From IMG/VR virus record IMGVR_UViG_3300017655_000251, positions 1 through 30,750 of that record: a stretch of 30,750 nt of DNA; one strand, written 5' to 3'. The notes beneath the pieces are model-generated. The model made no database searches. It worked only from the letters and a program-made list of their open reading frames with translations, and had not been told where the DNA came from. The position numbers and the translations under genes were made by a program. Positions 25,186 through 30,750 of the stretch are shown piece after piece (position 1 is the first letter of the stretch; the number at the start of each line of letters is the position of its first letter). Source of the stretch: a virus. Lineage: Duplodnaviria; Caudoviricetes.

Positions 25186-25353
25186 ATGGCCAAGCAACCA
25201 TCAGACACTCAGCCGATCCGGCGCAGCCAGACAGGCCGCTGCATCGATACCACGGCGGCACCCGAGGTGGCAGGCCGCGCAGAGGTGATGCGCCGACGCG
25301 CCGAAGAAAAGCCCAAACCCACAATCACCCCGCAGGCGCCAGCCAAAGCGTAA
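25186..25353 (+). CDS. Small hypothetical protein
   Basis: 55 aa; GGAGG SD before ATG 25186. Confidence 0.55.
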   Translation: MAKQPSDTQPIRRSQTGRCIDTTAAPEVAGRAEVMRRRAEEKPKPTITPQAPAKA

Positions 25354-25393
25354 CGCTGGCCGGCACCATCAACCCTGAGACCAGGAGACACCC

Positions 25394-26320
25394 ATGGCAG
25401 AAGTCCATCGCAAGCTGCTCTATTTCAACAAGGAGTCCCTCTACGGCACGGCGGCCACGCTCGAACAGGCGATCCCTTGCCGCGTGCGGGACTACAACCC
25501 GTGGGTCGCCAACATGCGCCAGAAAGCGAATGTGCAGAACCACGCCGGCGCGCAGAGGGCGAACACGCTCGACAATTTTTTCTCGATCACCATCGAGGTC
25601 GATCTGGCGGGCTCCGGTACCGCCGGCACCAAGCCGCTGTATTCGGCGCTATTCGAGGCCTGCAAACGGTCGGTGGTTGATGATGCCGAGGCCCACGACA
25701 CCACGGTGGCGCTCAACGATGCCGGTACCAGCTCCGGCACACTCGGCCTGCACGTCGACAACTTCTTGTTCAAAGCGGTGGGTGTGCGCGGTAACGCGAG
25801 TTTCCAGTACCAGGCTGGCGCCATGCCCATGCTGGTGTGTGATCTGTGGGGCATTCCGCTCTCGCCCAGCAACACCGCCATGCCCGCCATTCCCGACTTG
25901 ACGGGATTCCTAGAGCCGGTATCGATCAACAACGTCAATTCGGACATCACCATCTTCGGTTACCAGGGCGTGCTCAACTCGCTCACCCTGAATGATGGCC
26001 ACGAGATCGTCCGCCGCGACAAGCCGAACGACAAAGGCGTGTATCTGCGTAACCGTATTGGGGCGGGCTCCATCGAGTTCGAGCTGCCGGGTATTTCGGC
26101 CAAGGATTTCTTCGGTGAAATACGTGGTGACAAGAGCGGTGCCATCGAGATCGTTATCGGGACCGTGGCGGGGAACATCATCACGCACACCGCGCCGAAC
26201 GTGCAGCTCACCAACCCAAGACTTACCGAGGTCGACGGCGCTTTGCACGTATCAACCGACATTATCAACATGCCGACCGCCGGCGCGAAGGACGACGAGT
26301 CCACTCTCGTGTTCAGTTGA
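25394..26320 (+). CDS. Major tail (tube) protein
   Basis: 308 aa; KESLYGT, VDLAGSGTAGTKPLYSALFEAC, GVRGN, GTVAGNII motifs; upstream of chaperones and tape measure. Confidence 0.85.
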   Translation: MAEVHRKLLYFNKESLYGTAATLEQAIPCRVRDYNPWVANMRQKANVQNHAGAQRANTLDNFFSITIEVDLAGSGTAGTKPLYSALFEACKRSVVDDAEAHDTTVALNDAGTSSGTLGLHVDNFLFKAVGVRGNASFQYQAGAMPMLVCDLWGIPLSPSNTAMPAIPDLTGFLEPVSINNVNSDITIFGYQGVLNSLTLNDGHEIVRRDKPNDKGVYLRNRIGAGSIEFELPGISAKDFFGEIRGDKSGAIEIVIGTVAGNIITHTAPNVQLTNPRLTEVDGALHVSTDIINMPTAGAKDDESTLVFS

Positions 26321-26340
26321 TCGGCCACCAGGAGACATCC

Positions 26341-26676
26341 ATGCAAAACGGGTTGAAGCTGCGCCTTAGCGGCACCAACGAGTTCGAAACGCGCGTCACG
26401 GTCAAAACGCCGGTGGACAGCGGCGAGGTCGAGTGGTCGTTCAAGGCGCGGTTCCAGATTCTGACCGACGATCTGATCAAGCAGGGCAAGGTCAACATCA
26501 TCACGGACGCGCTGCTCGGCGTCAGTGACTTCGAAGGCATCGAAATTCCTGACGGCGTAACCCCTGCGGAATTGTTGGCCCTGGTTCGGGGCCGGCCCGA
26601 CGCCTGTCCTGCCATCCTCAACAGGTACCGCGCCGACGTTGTAAAAAAGAACCAAGGGTCCAGCTTGCTGATCTAG
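26341..26676 (+). CDS. Tail assembly chaperone (gpG-like)
   Basis: 111 aa; AGGAG SD; A-AAA-AAG slippery site near the 3' end. Confidence 0.8.
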   Translation: MQNGLKLRLSGTNEFETRVTVKTPVDSGEVEWSFKARFQILTDDLIKQGKVNIITDALLGVSDFEGIEIPDGVTPAELLALVRGRPDACPAILNRYRADVVKKNQGSSLLI

Positions 26677-27023
26677 GGCGCTTCCTGGCCGGCGGTAAGC
26701 GGCAGAGCTCGCGCGAGATGGAAAAGGATCTCGCGTTCTTCGGAGCGTCCTCCGCTCAGCTGCCGGCCTGGCTGCGCAACGAGCCAGACGAACAAGAGTT
26801 CACGGTCTACGCCGTCAACGTGCCGGCATGGACGTTGTTTGCCAGGATGGGCACGCAGTGGCGGCACGACGGCTGGCAGCGGTCAGGTCTTGATTACAAC
26901 GTATTGTTCCAAATCATGGACCGCCAGGGATTGGATCATGCCGAACAGCTGCTGCGTCTGGATCAGGTATCGATTATTGAGCAGGCCTATATCAGTGCAT
27001 TGCGCGAACGCAGCAAAACCTAA
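26643..27023 (+). CDS. Tail assembly chaperone frameshift extension (gpT-like, DUF1799-like)
   Basis: -1 frame is open from the slippery heptamer 26643-26649 into ORF 26718-27023; N..AW.LF.RM.TQWR...GLDY motif. Confidence 0.8.
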   Translation, partial: KKEPRVQLADLGRFLAGGKRQSSREMEKDLAFFGASSAQLPAWLRNEPDEQEFTVYAVNVPAWTLFARMGTQWRHDGWQRSGLDYNVLFQIMDRQGLDHAEQLLRLDQVSIIEQAYISALRERSKT

Positions 27024-27033
27024 CCCTTCACCG

Positions 27034-27059
27034 AAGCCCGCCGAATGGCGGGCTTTTTT
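27034..27059 (+). terminator. Intrinsic terminator-like hairpin before the tape measure gene
   Basis: AAGCCCGCC-gaat-GGCGGGCTT followed by TTTT. Confidence 0.8.
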
Positions 27060-27075
27060 GTGGCGCCTGTAATTT

Positions 27076-30000
27076 ATGGCCGGCAAGAAGAATGAGTTTG
27101 AAACAGTCCTCATCATCAAAGGGGATGACAAAGGCGGCATAACCGCCGTGAAGGCCACGCGTGAAGAGCTGGACAAGCTCGATACTGCGCAGGAAAAAGG
27201 CAGTAAGTCGTCCAAGAAGTTAGGCAAGGAGCAGAATCAGGCCGCGAAAGAAACGAGGAGCTTTGGTGAAGCCGTAAAGAGTGGTGTTACGGCGCTGGCG
27301 CAGTACGCAGCAGCGGCAGCAGCTGCCACCATCGCATACGTCGGCTACAACACAAAGCACATCCAGGAGACGGACCGCCTGGCGAAACAGCTTGGCATCA
27401 GCACGCAGGCGTTCATGGCGCAAAGCCAGGCTGTGAAGCTCGCGGGCCTGGACCAGGAGGGCTACGCCGACGCAATCCGCGACATCACCGTCAAAGTTCA
27501 GGAGCTCGCCACCGTCGGCAAGGGGGCGGCTGAGGATTTCTTTGCCCATACCAACGCCAACATCCAGGAGCTGGCGCGCCTGGCGCCCGACGAATTGCTC
27601 GCGCGCATTGGCGAAGAGCTAAGGCACCTGAACCGCAACGAGCGGATTATGTTCCTGGACCAGCTCGGCAGCGACAAAGCTGTGGCGCTTGTCGACATCA
27701 TCGACCGTATGGACGAGCTGGAACACGAGGCTATTGCTGTCGGCGCCGCTCTGTCCGATATCGACGCCGCCACCGTGAACCTGGCAGCCGAAGGCCTGGA
27801 TCGCGTTGCGATGGTTGCGCAGGGTGCCGGCAACCAGATTACAGCCGCGCTGGCGCCCATCGTGAGCGACCTCGCCGAGCGGTTGGTGGGCGTGGCAGTG
27901 GAGGCAGGAGGCGTCGAGAAAGCCGCGGTTCAGATGGTCGACGTCACGGTGCAAGGCCTTGGTATCGTGGCGGACCGCGTGCAAGATTTATTGATTCTGC
28001 AGAAGCGCGTTGAATTGTTCTGGAAGAGCATCGGTCTGACGGTGCTCGACGTAATGGCAAGCTCGGGCGACTCCGTTGCCAACGTACTGAACTATGCCAA
28101 GCGCGCGGTTGGCGCCATCGCGGAAGTGTTGGCTCCGATCGTGGATTTTGCCGCGAAGGTCGGCGGCCCGTTGGGGGAAGATCTGGAGGCGCTGTCGGCG
28201 ATCCTCGAAACTTTCGGGGAGGACAGCAAGACATTCTCGATCAACGCGTCGGATATTCAGGGCCTCGCCGACGGGTTGCGCGGCAACGTCATAGAGACCA
28301 AACGCGAGCTGCAGGCACTCCTCGACACTCCGCCGCCAAGCGACAGGCTCCCGGAATGGCTGGCCCAGGTTCGCGCAGCGGCTGAGGCGGCAGCAACCGC
28401 CGAGGTTGAGGCGCGTAAGGCGCAGGAAGCCAGTAACACCACCACCGCGCACGGCTCGCAGGTGGTCGCTGACCTGGTCGAGCAGATGGAGTTCGAGAAC
28501 GCATTGCTCGGCAAAGCCACAGTTACGCAGAAAGTGCAGACCGCGCTGCGGAAGCTCGACGCCACGGCCACGCAAGAGCAGCGCATGCAGGTCGCGCGTC
28601 TGGTGACCGAACGGCACAACGCCGAGCTGGCCACCGCCAAGCAGACCGAGCGCGAAAAGGAACTGGCCAAGACCCGCGAAAACCAGATCGAGAACGTCCA
28701 GCGCTACCTGGACGAAGGCCTGTACCGCGCACTGACGGACAGCGCGGAGGACTGGGGCGACTACTTCGACGGCATCGCCAAAGGTTACGCGCGGCTCTAC
28801 ACGTCGATGGTGAGCAAAAACCTAGTTGACGCCATATTCAATGGCGGATCCACCAACCTGTCGGACATCCTCGGCATCACCAAGCTGGCCGGCGGCAGTG
28901 GTACTGGTGGCGGCGACACTGCGGGCCTGCTCGGCTCGCTTGGCAACATCGGGTCCACGCTGGGCAAGATCGGCTCGAGCGTCGGCAAGCTGTTCGGCCT
29001 CGGCGGTACCAGTGGGGCCGCGCTCTCGAGCGCCCAGGCCGCCGCCCTCAACCTACCGGCCAGCGCTGCCGCCGGTACCGGACTCATGAGCACGCTCGGC
29101 GCCGTAGCACCATGGCTCGCTGGCGGTGCGCTCCTCTACACCGCGTTTGACGGTTTCAAGGGCGACGACTGGCAGCGCAGCAGCGTGGGCTTCTCAGTGG
29201 GCGATCCAGCGGTGGTCAAGCCCAAGTATGAGTACGGCACCCGAACCCTGTCGTCAGGCCTTGAACTCACGCTCATCAACCGGCGCGGCGATCAGGCCGC
29301 CTCCGACAGCATCGCCGGCGTGTTTGAAGCAATCCACGACAAGGTCGTGGAAATGGTGGAAGAGCACGGCGGCAAGCTGGATCTGAGCGGGGCCGTGCTG
29401 CAGGGCACGCACGCCGACTACGGCGTCAACACCGGCAACTTCTTTGGCCTGCGCGGTGGTGAGAACGGGCTGGAAAGCGAGGCGGCACTTAATCCGCTGC
29501 TGGCCAGTTTTACAAAACAAATCCTGGAGCACGTTGAGGGCCTCGATGCCGAAGTGCAGCAGGCGCTGCGCAATGCCACCGGCGATGCGGCGAGCCTTAT
29601 GCAGGCGTTTGAAGATGCGCTTACACCGAGCAAGGAGGCGGCGGAGGCCGAGCTCGAATTCCAGCGCCGGCGCAAGGAAGGCATCACCAGCCTTGTGGCC
29701 AGCTACAAGGATCTGACCGCCGGCGTCGCCTCCCTGCGGGCCGCCATCACGAACGACATCAACACTGCGCTGGGCGCCTACGTGCTGCGCCCAAGTGGCA
29801 GCGACGCCGAGAGCATGCTGGCCGCTATCTCCGTTGAGCGCCAGGCGAACCTGGACGCCTACCAAGAGGAGGTAGCGCATCTGCGCGAGCTGCATGCACT
29901 GAAGGTCCGGCAGTACGAAGAGCAGCTCGCGCTCGCTGAGGAAATCGATCGAGCGCTGCACAACACCGCATTGTCCGACCTTGCGCCGCTGAGCCAGGCG

Positions 30001-30750
30001 GAGAAACTCGATCTGGCGCAAAAGCGCTTCGACGAACTGATCGCCGCCGGCATGACGGGTGATGCGGAGGCCGGGCGGGAAGCCGTCACGGCGCGCGAGG
30101 AACTGCTTGCACTGGCCCGCGAGCGATTCACCGGCAGCCAGGCGTTCATCGACATCTACAGTCGCAGCGAGACCATGCTGGCGCAGCTGGGGAGCGTTGT
30201 GGCTTCAGCTTCCGCACCGGGCGAACTTGATCTGTCATCAGCCAATGACAAGCTCTACGCGGCTAGTCAGAGCCTGCTGGACAAGTTGGGTCAGGTCGAA
30301 ACCGGCGTGAACGTGGAGCTGGTCAAGCTACTCAAAATGCTCGGCGTGAAGTTCGACGAGTTGCCCGAAGAGCTCAACGCGCTGCTGCCGAAGGATACGG
30401 CGTACTGGATCGAGCAGATTAGCAAGCTGTCGCAAATGCCCGAACTGTTCGGCGAAGAGTTGGTGCCGGCGATGGGGTTCTTCATCGAGCGGCTGCTGGC
30501 CAACGGCGCCTTCATCGGCTTGATCGCCGACAGCATTGTCAGGGCCGGCCCCACCGCGGTCCAGGCCGCGAACGACTACCTGGCGGAGAAGTATCCCGGC
30601 ACCACAGTTGAGGACAACCAAACCGCGAGCAATCCGAACATTACCGATACGGATATCGCGGAAAAAGTCAACGCGCTGAAGAACGCGCCAGGCGCCACCG
30701 AAGAAAGCGTGATTCGCGGTGCAGCTGCCGCTGCGATGGCAAATGGCGTT
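27076..30750 (+). CDS. Tail tape measure protein, 3'-truncated by the window (at least 1225 aa)
   Basis: Not in the ORF track because no stop falls in the window; begins MAGKKNEFETVLIIKGDD; Ala/Leu/Glu-rich helical sequence; follows the chaperones. Confidence 0.88.
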   Translation, partial: MAGKKNEFETVLIIKGDDKGGITAVKATREELDKLDTAQEKGSKSSKKLGKEQNQAAKETRSFGEAVKSGVTALAQYAAAAAAATIAYVGYNTKHIQETDRLAKQLGISTQAFMAQSQAVKLAGLDQEGYADAIRDITVKVQELATVGKGAAEDFFAHTNANIQELARLAPDELLARIGEELRHLNRNERIMFLDQLGSDKAVALVDIIDRMDELEHEAIAVGAALSDIDAATVNLAAEGLDRVAMVAQGAGNQITAALAPIVSDLAERLVGVAVEAGGVEKAAVQMVDVTVQGLGIVADRVQDLLILQKRVELFWKSIGLTVLDVMASSGDSVANVLNYAKRAVGAIAEVLAPIVDFAAKVGGPLGEDLEALSAILETFGEDSKTFSINASDIQGLADGLRGNVIETKRELQALLDTPPPSDRLPEWLAQVRAAAEAAATAEVEARKAQEASNTTTAHGSQVVADLVEQMEFENALLGKATVTQKVQTALRKLDATATQEQRMQVARLVTERHNAELATAKQTEREKELAKTRENQIENVQRYLDEGLYRALTDSAEDWGDYFDGIAKGYARLYTSMVSKNLVDAIFNGGSTNLSDILGITKLAGGSGTGGGDTAGLLGSLGNIGSTLGKIGSSVGKLFGLGGTSGAALSSAQAAALNLPASAAAGTGLMSTLGAVAPWLAGGALLYTAFDGFKGDDWQRSSVGFSVGDPAVVKPKYEYGTRTLSSGLELTLINRRGDQAASDSIAGVFEAIHDKVVEMVEEHGGKLDLSGAVLQGTHADYGVNTGNFFGLRGGENGLESEAALNPLLASFTKQILEHVEGLDAEVQQALRNATGDAASLMQAFEDALTPSKEAAEAELEFQRRRKEGITSLVASYKDLTAGVASLRAAITNDINTALGAYVLRPSGSDAESMLAAISVERQANLDAYQEEVAHLRELHALKVRQYEEQLALAEEIDRALHNTALSDLAPLSQAEKLDLAQKRFDELIAAGMTGDAEAGREAVTAREELLALARERFTGSQAFIDIYSRSETMLAQLGSVVASASAPGELDLSSANDKLYAASQSLLDKLGQVETGVNVELVKLLKMLGVKFDELPEELNALLPKDTAYWIEQISKLSQMPELFGEELVPAMGFFIERLLANGAFIGLIADSIVRAGPTAVQAANDYLAEKYPGTTVEDNQTASNPNITDTDIAEKVNALKNAPGATEESVIRGAAAAAMANGV

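Larger units (their letters stand above)
1..30750. mobile_element. Temperate lambda-like (sipho)phage / prophage, partial (att site and distal tail genes lie outside the window)
   Basis: Continuous int-xis / early-left / cI-cro-cII / replication / Q / lysis / cos / head / tail gene order; cosQ and cosN are joined, as in a prophage or circular form. Confidence 0.97.

Overview
The whole window is about 31 kb of a temperate, lambda-like siphophage in prophage gene order, probably from a GC-rich proteobacterial host (host is inference). The order is integrase and excisionase, then a leftward early/accessory operon (mini DUF5131, DUF550, tandem HTH protein, long ParB-like protein, KilAC antirepressor-like protein). 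Next comes the immunity region (HsdR-N-type nuclease, cI, five 15-bp operators, cro, cII), then TraR/DksA, a Toprim-VirE primase/helicase, a Q-like antiterminator and a GGWCC/IHF-rich non-coding region that may be the origin. A late promoter with tandem terminators precedes the lysis cassette, a lambda-like cos, a lambda-type head module and a non-contractile tail module with a -1 frameshift. The tape measure gene runs off the right end. The most notable points are: (1) a class-3 lipase plus lipoprotein inside the lysis cassette, where Rz/Rz1 spanins normally sit; (2) a CI whose autocleavage site and catalytic dyad look lost; (3) a PD-(D/E)xK nuclease in the rexAB-equivalent slot; (4) a primase Toprim domain with degenerate catalytic motifs; (5) an orphan ParB and no recognisable recombinase. 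All family calls are by motif recognition only; no database searches were run.
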